Part shown: positions 44,332-56,282 of the stretch, one piece after another | Layout: each line of letters starts with the position of its first letter | Numbering within the stretch: position 1 is the stretch's first letter | Origin: Raillietiella orientalis | Lineage: Eukaryota | Direction: 5' to 3' | DNA: 64,000 bases | Assembly (NCBI GenBank): GCA_036172245.1 | Contig: JAYWIR010000035.1 | Location: forward strand, 992,001-1,056,000 | Made by a program: the position numbers and the translations under genes | The notes under the pieces: model-generated | Told to the model about the DNA's origin: nothing | The model's database searches: none | Seen by the model: only the letters and a program-made list of their open reading frames with translations

Positions 44332-47300
44332 ATGTTATTGAAGTATAGATTTTCAAATATTTATTGGGATCCAAAAATCACATGGTTCATTTATGAATTA
44401 AGTTATACTGTTATAATGCTCACATTGGGGATTTGGAATTATTCACACAAGAACACAAAGCTCTTTTACACTTGCGACCAAGGCTGGACACATTTGACGA
44501 CTTTACGATGCTTTTTAGTCGATAGATATCACTGCCTAGTGCTCTTGATTTCTGCGCGGAGAATCAGGAAATAACTGACGAAGCACAAATCATTAGCACA
44601 GACTTTTCAACAGATTGCACATTTGGAAGCGCTGCAGCAGATCTTCACGCAGAATACGCACGCTAAATGCAAACACTTCGTTCATCAAAAAAATAACCAA
44701 ATAATGAACTAATGAAACTAATTCAGTAGACTGAAGGAAAACCTTTTCGTAACACATTTGCTACCTCAGTTTGTGTTTCTTAATATCATTAGTAGCACGT
44801 TATTAATGAGCCTAAATTTTCGGAAAACTTTCCGTTAGAATACTTAATGAAAAGTAGATATTAATTTGGTAATGAAGTTTACCGCAAGTGTTCTCAATTA
44901 CAGCAACAGTCGTTATGCTTAATATGCATTCATTTATACATGCAAAAATTTGTGTTGCGATTATAATTTCATTTAAACTGCTTTTTTTTTTCTTATGTAA
45001 ATGGAGACCGGAATGTTGACGTTACTCAAACTATTTTAGCAAAGAAATTGGAGCAGATCATCGAACAAACTAAAAACTAATTAGTGAGATGCGTCTAACA
45101 TCCTCCATCTGAATAGTCATTTCAAATCAGCATACGACTGTTCAAAGTGTCTGGGTTTTCATGCACTAAGCTGCATCGAATGCCACATTTGGCTTACCTA
45201 GCATGACAAAAATCATGATTTTATTTAATGTAAAGTGATGAAACTAATGTTTACGTCTTAACCTTCCTTAGAGTCATAAAGAGCGATTTAGTGCTTCCTA
45301 TACTTCATATTTATCCGTACTTTCTGAACAGCATAATTACGCTATCGTCATTCCAACTCTAACAAAGTATGATTTCCAGTTTCCATTAGTGTGGTTACTA
45401 AACCTCTATATCAGAGATAAAAAACCTGCAGCCCATAGCATTTTTTTGAGTCACCTCCGAGAATTTGTCGAGACAGTGATTAGCCATTTAGCTATGAGGC
45501 TCTTAGATGTAAATCCACGACCTCACCATGACCGTGACCATGGCAACACTTCGACCTCAATCAAAGGACATCCATATAATCTAAAAAAAACACATACGCA
45601 AATTAAATTCACATTCGTTATATATAAAATTGGCATTCGCAGCCGTTACATTGAGATAAAATGTCCTTCACCACCACTCTACATAAAACTTTTTTTTCAC
45701 CTATCCTAACCTAACTACTCTTTGATTACTTGTCTCTTATGTTTCATCTTTCATTTCAAGCAAGAATGTCATAAAACATCCTTTTTGTCAAATATTCACT
45801 AATGTCCTTTAAAATATAAGGCTATGCTTTGCAATTCCGAGTAAAAAACTTAAATTGGCAAATAATGGTCCTAAATATGGTCAGATGTAAAGGAAATGGA
45901 TGGTAAAGAGATAGAAACCTATGGTAAATGAATGGTCAGCAAATAGATTTATGGCAGCAAAAATGTATATACCTATTGAAATAAACAGGCATGCTCACAC
46001 AAATCATCAATCTTCCAGGCAAAACAAAAACCCAAACTCAGTAACGATAATCATGCTTTTAGAAAAGTGATGTATTCCATAGTTTTTCAACTGAGTTTCT
46101 TGAATTATGTATAGGAAAGCTGAGGATGCTGTAGCTATGAAATGTGGCTACATTAGTGTAATAATTCACTTCAGCAATTGCATGTTGAAATTTGATGGAT
46201 TAATGAAATTTATCGTTAATCTTGATCAGGGCGTATCTGCTTCCTCCAACAGAAGTTGGATAAAACAGAATGAGGTGTTTCATTCGAATGTAAAAATAAA
46301 TCGTTTGATTTAACGGTTGTCTAGTTTTAATCTCTATGCATTGAGCATTAATATTAATGAATAAAACGAGAGTTCAATGCTATAGATCACAAAAGTATTA
46401 GATGTATCACAAAACATAACCAAAAAAGGGAACAGTTTCTGATTCACAGCAGCATATTGTATTGAATCAGAACTAGATATTTGTAATTGTGCAACTTCAA
46501 AAATTGATCCTTTCATGGAATTTATATATATTGAACGTTGTACATACTTTGATATCACTCAGTTACATAAATATAAAGTAATACGTCAAGCAATAGATTG
46601 TTTACCTTATTTTTTTTCAAAGCGCAAATGTTTTATATAAGTATGATACTGTAATAGAAGCACTGCTTTACATTTATTGAAAATTTACAAAATTCAAAAT
46701 GATGTGCCAAGATGAAATATAATTAATCAGTTATCCATGTTTTGATTTATTTTTTTACCTAGGATTTTATAATCCAGTATGCAGCATTAAATATAGGAAA
46801 TGCATTTAACAAGTATGTGTATACAGTATCTGTATAAGTGTTGCGTATAAAATCCTAGTATATTTGTGTGTCGTTACATTAGATAAAGCTATTTTTTTTC
46901 CGCACCTCTCCATGAAGTGCACATAGCATCTTGTTATAGCTTCTGTAGATGCGATGGTAAACGTTTGCTTCAAATATAATGATTGTTTTATAAGAATTTA
47001 TTTTGAAGAAAAATAGCTAGAAGCAAAGCTGATTCGTACTCCGAATATTATATCTCTTTCTTGTCTAAACCTCATCTTGAGCTTCTAAAAACAGTGATTT
47101 TGTGTTTGGAGGCAGAAGTCTTTTGTCATAATTTGTAGGACAACCAGCAATCAATAGTGCTAAAACCTAAGGACCCAATAAGGATTCACATATGATAAGC
47201 CAACTATGATAATTGCTTTTGTTCATAAACTTCTGAGAATATCATTTGCATTATTAATCATTTCATGTTTGTCTTTTGAATCTTCAATCCTTTCTTAGTC

Positions 47301-49918
47301 TGTGAGTTCTGTTTAATCTTTGTCTTCCTAATCCATATACCGATCTTTCATATTCTATCTTTCTATGTGCATAGATATCCAGTTCATCCTATGACAAAAT
47401 TTTCGAATTCCCTTCTCCTGATTGGAACGCAACAGGCCTCATTTTTCTAGAAGACGATTCCCTATTACGTCCACATTAAATATATTGAAATTTAAGAAAG
47501 AAACATTGCCATGATCTTTAGAGTTAGCATTGTAATTACTTATCTGAAAATGTTATTGTAAACATGCACCCCTCCTCTAGATTTTATTTTCCCAACTGCG
47601 AGCAAACAAGATGATCTCGAAAACAGCGACAACAAAATTATAAGGTATAAGCAATGATAACGAAAGATTATGTTTCAAGTTTGCAGCTCTGAAGTATAGA
47701 TCATTTATTTCCCACAAAATCCAAATAATTCATCAGTTTCCTAAATAAATATGAAATTCAAGAAAGCTTCAATCTTTACTTTTGTACTTCCAGCTCATGC
47801 ACAAATGAAATGTAGAGATCCTATGGCATCTAAGAAAGCTGAAATCATTAATGAGTTTCCAAGATTACTCACAATCAAAAAACATGCCCGCTTCTTTTTA
47901 AAATCATGTTTGCTCTGCAGCAAACACAACATAGAAGTAAATTTCAGAAAAAGAATTGTATAAATTTAGCAAAATATAGATTCAAAGAAAGAATGAATTT
48001 CACAGGGCAAGCAATAATTGTTCGTCCCTGCACTGCACGGTCGTGTTTAAGCACTTGTGGCAAGTCGCTCGTAGTGGCTCCTTCTCATCCTATATATTAT
48101 CTAGTGGTATTTCACTTACGCAAGGTAATCACATCTGAGGGAGATCTCGCTTTCTAGCAATCTGCTCTTGGTGCCAGGGATCGTTCTAATTGCCTCCTGT
48201 TCATGACACACCTTTCTTATTGATATGATCAATGTGATGAAAAGAGCCAGTTATTTCATGATCTTGGAATGTTAAGGAGTGGCACTATCCCCTCAGTATA
48301 GGAGTCTCAAAATTTCTACTGATGTTGATTTTCTGCTCATGACTGACTCTTGATGACCCTCTTCACAAAGTTCCCATCTTGTTCTAGTGTTGGGCAAGCC
48401 AGGCTTCTACTTTGTAGCAGATTCCTCGGTTTGCCAAGCGGAAGAGAGAGATATCACATCGAGAGGTATTCCAAGATTCAACGAAGATAAAGAACTGCAG
48501 TAGAACAGGACAACAATCATTCTGGACAACATGCAGGAGTTCGATTTCTGTAAGTCTCCTACAGGAACTAGATGAAGTCTTTCCATCCTGAGTCATGTTC
48601 TTACTCTTCCTATTTTTAGACGACTTCAAATATTCATAAGTTAACTTGGACTAGTGATTTCTTTGGTCTGGCTACGCTTTTTGCACAGAACCCTCTAATC
48701 CTTTGCAAAAAGTGTACCCGGATTTCACTGAGGGATTTATGGATTGGTATCATATATCTGGATACATCTAGTGCTTACCTTCCAGCGCCCTGAAATTGAG
48801 ACTTCTGCAAATTCTCTGCTGCAGTCTACGGTATGAGGACAAAATACATAAGCATATTTCTCCTCCCAAATCTACCAGCTTCTAAGGATGATATTGATCA
48901 TGCAGCTGGATACGAACACTTGCTTCTCCTTCTAGATAGGATAGATGATCTTTCACTGGCGTATTCTTCTGCTCATGGCAGTCATCAACTCACTTGGAAT
49001 TTACCCCTCACTCTCTGAGAGTGTTCCCTGTGTGCAGCGTAACTCCATTCCACCAATTCTTGGTTTTCAAGAGCAAGTTTCAGCTGTTCTGGATCTGTGC
49101 TTCTGCGTCCAATGGGTTTGTCATTCCGCAGCCTTCTTTTTTTGGTCAGAATACGAATTTTAGTACTTTAGCTTAATCTTCGTCTTTTACTCCATCGCAA
49201 ACCTTCGTTTCTGCTATTAAGTGAAAGACAAAGATTAAGCTTCGTTTCTATAGCCATTAGTGTAATCAGGTGAGTAAGTCAAAATAGTCGGCCAGTTGAT
49301 AACAATTCCCAATACCGTTTAAATTTTATAGCATCATCACAAAAGAAAGCTCAGTCATTTTTCTGCATTTCTTATGAGTATTCAGTTAAAAGCTGCATAG
49401 GCACAAAAATCAATTTAATGTATGGGTGGTTTCTGAGATTAGAGCTGGGAGCATACAAATTGGCGTTGCAATATTTTGTTGTTATATTTAGCTAAGATAA
49501 ATGTATCTCTTCATTCTTGTTTGTCATCCATTTTAACAAGGTCGTGTGAGTGTACCACGAAGTTAGTAAATTCGACTGCAATAAAGGAATGTAACTCTGA
49601 TCCCGAATTTTGTTTTCCTTTTTTTCAGTGTTATTTCATTTCCCTCACAATGTCATAGACGTTCTGGTCTTATTTGAAATCTGAACTAATGAAATTCTTT
49701 GTGCTTTAAAACTATGATGTGGAAGGTTGTCCTTACTGCAAAGGAAGTCTGTATCCGATGGGAGGCTTTGTTTCGGAAGAAGATATTGCTCTGGTATCAA
49801 TTCCCGCATGATGTCGTAATTATTCGCAGCCATATCCATTCGAGTTGCCGGGATCGTGGGGTCTGCGTAGAGATTTCACACAAAAATATCTGTAGGTCGA
49901 AAAATTAGTAGTTTGAAA

Positions 49919-51653
49919 ATGGCTGAAAGAGAAGAATGTGTATTTAGAGCAAAACTTGCAGAACAGATGGAGAGATATGACGGTGAGGTTTGTTATGAGT
50001 ACTGAGTTTTGTTATGGGTTATGGAAAAGCACCTTTCATGAGACCGGTGTTCTCACAGTTAGAATCCTTTTTATTATTTCGAATTCCCGTTCTCAAGTTG
50101 CTATGTTTCATAGAGAATTCTCGTGCCTGGTGTGTTGGTGATCTCTTGAATCACAGTAATGTTTAGTTTTCAAGGTAGTAAATCCTTTTTTGCAGTTAAG
50201 ATATATCGTAGTATAATAATTGCCATCAGTATTAATATCCGCTTTTTATTGTTGCAATCATTAAAATTATCCCCATTGATATTTTCGCAGTTTATCTGCC
50301 GAATGAGATGTTCGTTATCCGGAACAACTTTACTAAATGGACAATTGTAATTTTTTGTGAGTAGTATTAAGTTTTATAGATCATATAGACAAGTTGCCGC
50401 CGTACTAAGTGCATTTCAGTGGTTTTCGTAGCCGAATGCAGCCCATGTTAAGAAAAGTCTTCAGTGCACCAGCTTATTTTTTTGATGCGTAGTATGTGCA
50501 AGTGTTTTAAAACAGTGCTTTGTGAGATGTGGTTGCAGAATGAACATGTGGTGATGGATTGTGCATTTCATTGAGTAATAGTGATGATGATAGTTGACTA
50601 GTAATAGTCATATATTGTTTTTTGTATATGTTTTGTATTTATATTCTAGAAATGGTACAGGAGATGAAAAAAGTGGCTTCGACAAAAACGGAATTATCTG
50701 TTGAAGAACGCAATCTTTTGTCAGTGGCTTACAAAAATATCATTGGAACACGACGAGCCGCATGGAGAATAATTTCCAGTATTGAACAGAAAGAAGAAAG
50801 CAAGGGTACAAATCAAAAAATTCAAATGATAAAATCTTACAGAGCACAGGTTTGTGTTTTAATGATCATAAGGTTTAGTTAAGTGCATACAGGAATGCTT
50901 TCTTGTGTACTATTTGTATTAAATCTCATATAAAAAAATTTGAAGCGTTAGTCATTACTTGTCTCATTTTTTTATATAAGTAAACTAATTTTAGGTTGAA
51001 AAAGAATTGAAAGAAATCTGCCAAGACATTTTGCAAGTTCTAGATGAATGTTTAATTTCTGCTGCTTCTGCTGGAGAGTCTAAAGTGTTTTACAATAAAA
51101 TGTTTGTTCTCTTGTGTGTTGCTAATACTTGAATTTTATTTCATAGGAAAGGAGACTATTATCGATATTTAGCTGAGTTTGCTGCAGGTGAGGATAAAAA
51201 AATCGCTGCTGAAAATTCATTGGCAGCATATAAAACTGCTAGTAGTATTGCTACAACAGAATTGGCACCTACGCATCCCATTAGGTTTATAGAATGTCCA
51301 CAGCGGTATTGGCATTACTGTGTGTTTCAGATTGGGATTAGCATTGAACTTTTCTGTATTTTATTATGAGATTCTCAATTCTTCAGAACAGGCATGCCGG
51401 TTGGCAAAGGCAGCATTTGATGATGCAATTGCTGAGCTTGACATGCTCTCTGAAGATAGTTACAAAGACTCAACTCTAATTATGCAATTACTTAGAGATA
51501 ATCTTTCTCTTTGGGCTAGTGATATGGAGGGACCAATACCAGATGGAGGTAGTATGTCATGTTGTGTTATACTAAATTATCATGCTGAGCACAGATGAGA
51601 AAAAGGAAGGTAAAGAACAAGCTCAGAATGTGGGAGAACAAGATGTATCTTAA
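49919..51653 (+). CDS. 14-3-3epsilon: 14-3-3 protein, epsilon type
   Basis: Exons 49919-49982, 50650-50849, 50995-51101, 51147-51284, 51331-51548, 51595-51653. Motifs [59 protein letters not shown]-terminus ...EQDVS. Confidence 0.96.
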
Positions 51654-52009
51654 TTATGCTACTATGCTTGTATGTAAGTTTCTGAGTTTTCAGAGGTGTT
51701 TGATTTCACATCTGGGATTTTCTATTTTTAGCGATCTGTGCTGCTTTTCTTTAGAAGCACACACCCATATGCTGGTCCGTCACTGTCCTGTGCTCCATGT
51801 GAGGCAGATGTGCATGACTAACTGAAGCACTGAATGTTACCTCAATTAGACATTCCGCATACTGTCTGTCATCAGAGTTGCTAATAAGACACTGGCGATT
51901 AATAATCAATGCCTTGCATTGCTTCAATGTTGTACAATTAATATTATTTGGTTGAGTGTGGAAAGTGGAATTGCTGTGTATGCTGCACATATTACTGCCT
52001 TTCCTTGTA

Positions 52010-52015
52010 AATAAA
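52010..52015 (+). terminator. Putative polyadenylation signal of 14-3-3 epsilon
   Basis: AATAAA followed by T-rich sequence, 33 nt from the TMED2 stop codon. Confidence 0.55.
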
Positions 52016-52048
52016 TGTTTTAGACTTAGGTCTTTTGTATAAATTTTT

Positions 52049-53071
52049 TCATATTACTCGACGGACTTCAAAGAAACGTTTTAAATAATAAATCTGTCCT
52101 AAAGTCATGACTACAAGGACAAAGGCTTCAAAAAAAGCCCATAGCACCACTCTAGAATTTGTGTTTTCATTGATAGCATGATGAATTGCTGCACGTACAG
52201 CCATGTATTCTTGCTCATGTTGTACATTAGTAAGAGCTATGAGTAGCTCCCGAATTTTCTCCCCTAGTTTGTTTTGTTTTTCTGGAAAGTGCCTTGGCTT
52301 AGCGTAATGTTTCATTTTACTCACCATCTGCATTGGTATCATTGTGTACAGCATTTTCCACCACATCAATTGAAAACATAACAACTTTAGGAGTCATTGT
52401 AGACATTTTGTTCCCAAAGCAGTATGAATAAATACCATCGCTGGTGGCAGCAAAGGTATATTTCCCATTACTTTCACGTTCTCCTTGATAAATAACGTTA
52501 CCATTAGGCCCAGTAATCCTTACATCTATATCTAAAAAACCACCTTCTGCAACCTCGAAAATTAGACCTGAAAAACGTGCACATTAGAACAGGAAATTCT
52601 TAATCCACAATTTGCTGTGAGCATAATTCAGCATCAAACTCAAACTCCCTTTTAAAATTTTAAAACTGAAACCAAGTTACATAAATGCTACGGACAAACT
52701 GAGATCGGGGAGGTTATGGCTTTGGTAAAGCGCAAGACAGTGAAATTACAATTCATCAAATATTTTTGACAGAACCCAATTTACATGAATGAGAATAAAT
52801 TAAAGGATGCATAATTATCCATGTTGTTAGGACTTTCGGTGGAATTCAATGTATTTTAAACCGAAACTCGGTTTCTGTGGAATTCCTCATGCGGCAACAT
52901 ACTATAAAGTAAAGACTTTTTACCCATCTGAGTTCTTTCCGTTGCGTTTTCGTAAAAGCATTCTTCCACGTGGGCATCAACAGTTACATAATAGCTATGA
53001 ACACCACGAAAACAGACTAAACACAACAAACCAAAAACGTAAATATCGAAAGTTGTATGCAGTTTAATCAT
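52049..53071 (-). CDS. TMED2: p24 beta / transmembrane emp24 domain protein 2 (signal peptide, GOLD domain, TM helix, cytosolic tail)
   Basis: Exons 53071-52924, 52567-52325, 52281-52049. Motifs [57 protein letters not shown], tail [12 protein letters not shown]. Confidence 0.96.
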
Positions 53072-53222
53072 CTTCAAGTCCGATGACAATCGTTAACACA
53101 TAACTCCACTCCATGGAATTGCCAATATATCAACATCCGAATTACATTCAAATACCTATGTTCAGAAATGAGCAGGACAAAATGATAATCTTTTAAAAAT
53201 TTCTACCAAGAATCGTGAACAA

Positions 53223-53336
53223 TCACGTGAAAATTATTTTCGGTTAAGTAAAGGTGTTATTCTGAAAAAGAACGATGAAAATAATCCTAGTAAATTACAG
53301 AAATTACTTTGCGCTTTGTTAATTTTTATTACGTCA
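53223..53336. promoter_or_regulatory. Candidate TMED2 promoter elements: E-box TCACGTGA (53223-53230) and CRE/ATF-like TGACGTAA (minus strand, 53329-53336)
   Basis: Motif matches 150-265 nt upstream of the ATG; short motifs, function inferred only. Confidence 0.3.
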
Positions 53337-56159
53337 TCACATGTTTATTAATATAAACTAAATCAAATTCCAAAAATTCCAAAATCGACTCAAATACTAT
53401 TTAAGATAACTGATGGAATAATACCCATGCTGAGCGGGATACTTAGTTACAGTCGTCATGATTCCATTCTTATGGACTGATTCAATCCTTCCTAGGTATT
53501 GAATTTCGTAAACTGTAATCGGGCTCAAATTATTCTCCTTCCTGAAATTCGTTGAGACACTTTTTTAAACCGAAATTATGACCACTATGGTTTTTATCAT
53601 AGGAATCCTACCCACATATATATTTTTAGATAAAACATTCTATTGTCTTTCGTTTGTAAAAAGTCTGCAAATCTGACCGTTTAGCTATTCATGATGCAGA
53701 GTAAAAATTTCCCCATTTCTCAAGGATAGAAGTTTTTTTTCCATAGAACACTTTGTTATGAGAATACAGAACAACATGAGAAATTTATGATTAATTCACG
53801 CTCCTTTGCTCTTTTGACTTCCATCTAAAGCACTATTGGAGTATAGAGAAAAGCGATAGAAGTATTTTCTAACGGAAATAGAGAATAGAAATATATTTTT
53901 ATTTCCTCAAAACATTAAATAGAACAATAAATTAGCATATTAAAAATATATTTCGTGATCAAATCCAAGAAAATAACTGCAAAAGATCTAGTACAAAGGT
54001 AAAAAAATTGTGAAACATAACTTCAAGACATACTTTTTAAGAGGAAAGTTCAGTTGAGAGTAGTTCAGTGGATCATAAAAAGAAACCACATGGGAGAATA
54101 ATAGTCAAGAAGAATCGATTAAATGAATAAGATGGGAAATTTCCTTTTTAAGGACATTCTGAACCAGAGATCTAAGAAACAGAGATGCTAGGATTATTAA
54201 ATTCATACCTGGAGTGGGGAGAAAATGCCTTCCTAAAAGTATTAATAATACTTAATTTTTAAAAAGCATTCCATGTGAAGGGTAAGCATATTGCAAAACA
54301 ATCCATAATTTCGGGATAAGCATAACAGGTAACTGGAATGAATCGGATAATTAGTAGGTCTTTTTTAAAATCTAAGAGTGAAAGGCAGAGCTATTTTAAG
54401 TTTATTCTGAATATTTGCCAATATTCACCGAGTTTGTTACAAATAGTGAAGAATGAAACTTGGTACGCAAAGCCTTTGGTGCTTGTTCTAAGAAATCAAG
54501 AGCAACTATGAAATAACCATAGTCTCTTCTGACAAGGAAATATTTGGCTATGTTCGATAATGCTCTCTTGGGTGAAACTCAGTTGTGTGAAAGAACAAAC
54601 GTAATCCATATTTTTGGGAGGAAACAGAGATGACATACGTCGACTTACGTACAACAAATCTTTTGATCAGTTTTTATAAAAAAATAAGCTTCTTATAGAA
54701 TTATCAAGATTAAAGAGCGAAAATTAGTCTGTTCGAATATATTAGACACTGCCCTCGATATCTATGAAAGGCACCATCTTGCATTTTTTGATTTTTTGAA
54801 ACAAATGCAGAAAAAGATGAAAGCTGATTATAAAAGTTATTGTAGTTCACTTCTTTTTATTAACAAGAAAGAACAAAGATTCCTGACTCGGAAAAGGGCT
54901 AAAAAGAACGTTCCAATGTTTTAGGAAATCTGCTTTGAAGTTGAAGTAATGCAAAGCTGGCCATTTTGAGTTTCAAATAAATGCAATGTAGAATAAATGG
55001 GAACAATCTGTGAGCACCTTCTCATGAAACTAATTCAAGACAACTCATATTTCTTTTTATATTCACGGTTCTTTCGCTTTTCCTTTTTCACAGAATAATT
55101 TAAAAATGTTAATAAGTCTTGGATCGATATTTAGGCCTGTGGGATATCAGGTAGTTAGAAATGACTACTTTGTAACAATATCATTTTCGCTTCTTTTCTT
55201 GTATTATTATTGCTCATATTATATTTGATCTCAATCATATGCCATGCATCGTCGATTACCATCCTAACTTCGTCACAGCAAAGCATCCTGACATGGGAGA
55301 AAGTCTATTAGGTTTTGACTTAATTTTAAAATGAATTTTTATTCCGCCAGTAATTTATTAACAGTATATGAAAACAGACTCTTTGTGACAGCCTTTTTTA
55401 AGGTTGTAGAAGGCTTTGTTTGGTGCCGAAACAAATGTATACACTTCTATTTTCAGTAAAAGGGGAAACCATTTTCAGTAAATCCAAATCTAGAGTCTGG
55501 GACGAAATTGTCTAAAAGGCCTAATTGTTTCAATCGGGAAGTTCATTTTATCACAATATCGTAGTCCTGATTATATTACAGTACTTTTGTGGGTGAGGTT
55601 TTTGCGATAAACACAAAAAAAAACATCAAGGTAGCTTAAACATCTGAAAGGAACGAGACGTAGCATAACAAACTAATTCTATCAGGAAGGCAAAAACATC
55701 TTGAACTCCTTGAATGTTTAAACCACTTATCAATTTTCTTCTTTTGGTGTTTTTAATCTGAAGCACTGGGAGCGTGGATCTATTAAGTCTCCACAGCGCT
55801 GAACTCGTGGCCAGGATATAAGCTGGTATAGACTGGTAGATGCTCCACTTTAGAACTCTACACATGGGCTATGGTCTTCTTGCATTGGGATTCCCTGTGC
55901 AGCCAGAGCCCTGTACCACGTAACAGCGACAAATGCGTCCCCTAATTGATCGAAGGGCGAGGTAGTCGAGTTCATGCCGCACCAGTTGCTGGAATATTGT
56001 ACACTTCGTGTGAGGTAGAGGTGCGAAGCCATGCACTGTCACATGCGGACAACACCCTTCCGTCGAAGTGAAAAAAAAAAAAAAAAACACCCTTGGTTAA
56101 GAGGTTTCCTTCTATGCCGGTTCTGCTAAGCACGGCTTCAGTAGTTTTAATATTTGCTA

Positions 56160-56269
56160 CGCCTCCAGCACTCTGACGCCAACGAAGGAAACGAAACCCT
56201 CTATAAAGAGGCCGTCCACTTGGTCACTTCCATGATCCAGAAAGCTGGAAAATGTCAAAGTTCGCACTT
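56160..56269 (+). pseudogene. Left part of a decayed piggyBac-like transposase C-terminus (target of the Tx1-like insertions)
   Basis: Frame-shifted reading RQRRKRNPL*RGRPLGHF / SMIQKAGK / VKVRT, continuous with the right flank when the retroelements are removed. Confidence 0.4.
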
Positions 56270-56280
56270 TGACATTTTCC
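56247..56280. repeat. Perfect 15-bp hairpin at the 5' junction of retroelement copy A
   Basis: GGAAAATGTCAAAGT-tcgc-ACTTTGACATTTTCC. Confidence 0.95.
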
Positions 56281-56282
56281 GC

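Noticed and set aside
48000..49150. GC-elevated stretch that might be a TE relic on the minus strand
   Set aside because: No termini, TSD or convincing protein motif
53700..54900. Possible highly decayed retroelement ORF (A-rich plus strand)
   Set aside because: Stops in all frames and no diagnostic motif I can defend
56100..56225. Hammerhead-like words (CTGACG...CGAAAC-stem-GTC)
   Set aside because: The core lacks CUGANGA and stem I cannot form; the region is better explained as a decayed coding relic
56228..56280. U1/U2 snRNA or tRNA as the insertion target (CCATGATC, GTTCGC words)
   Set aside because: Only short word matches; no Sm site, splice-site-pairing sequence or cloverleaf
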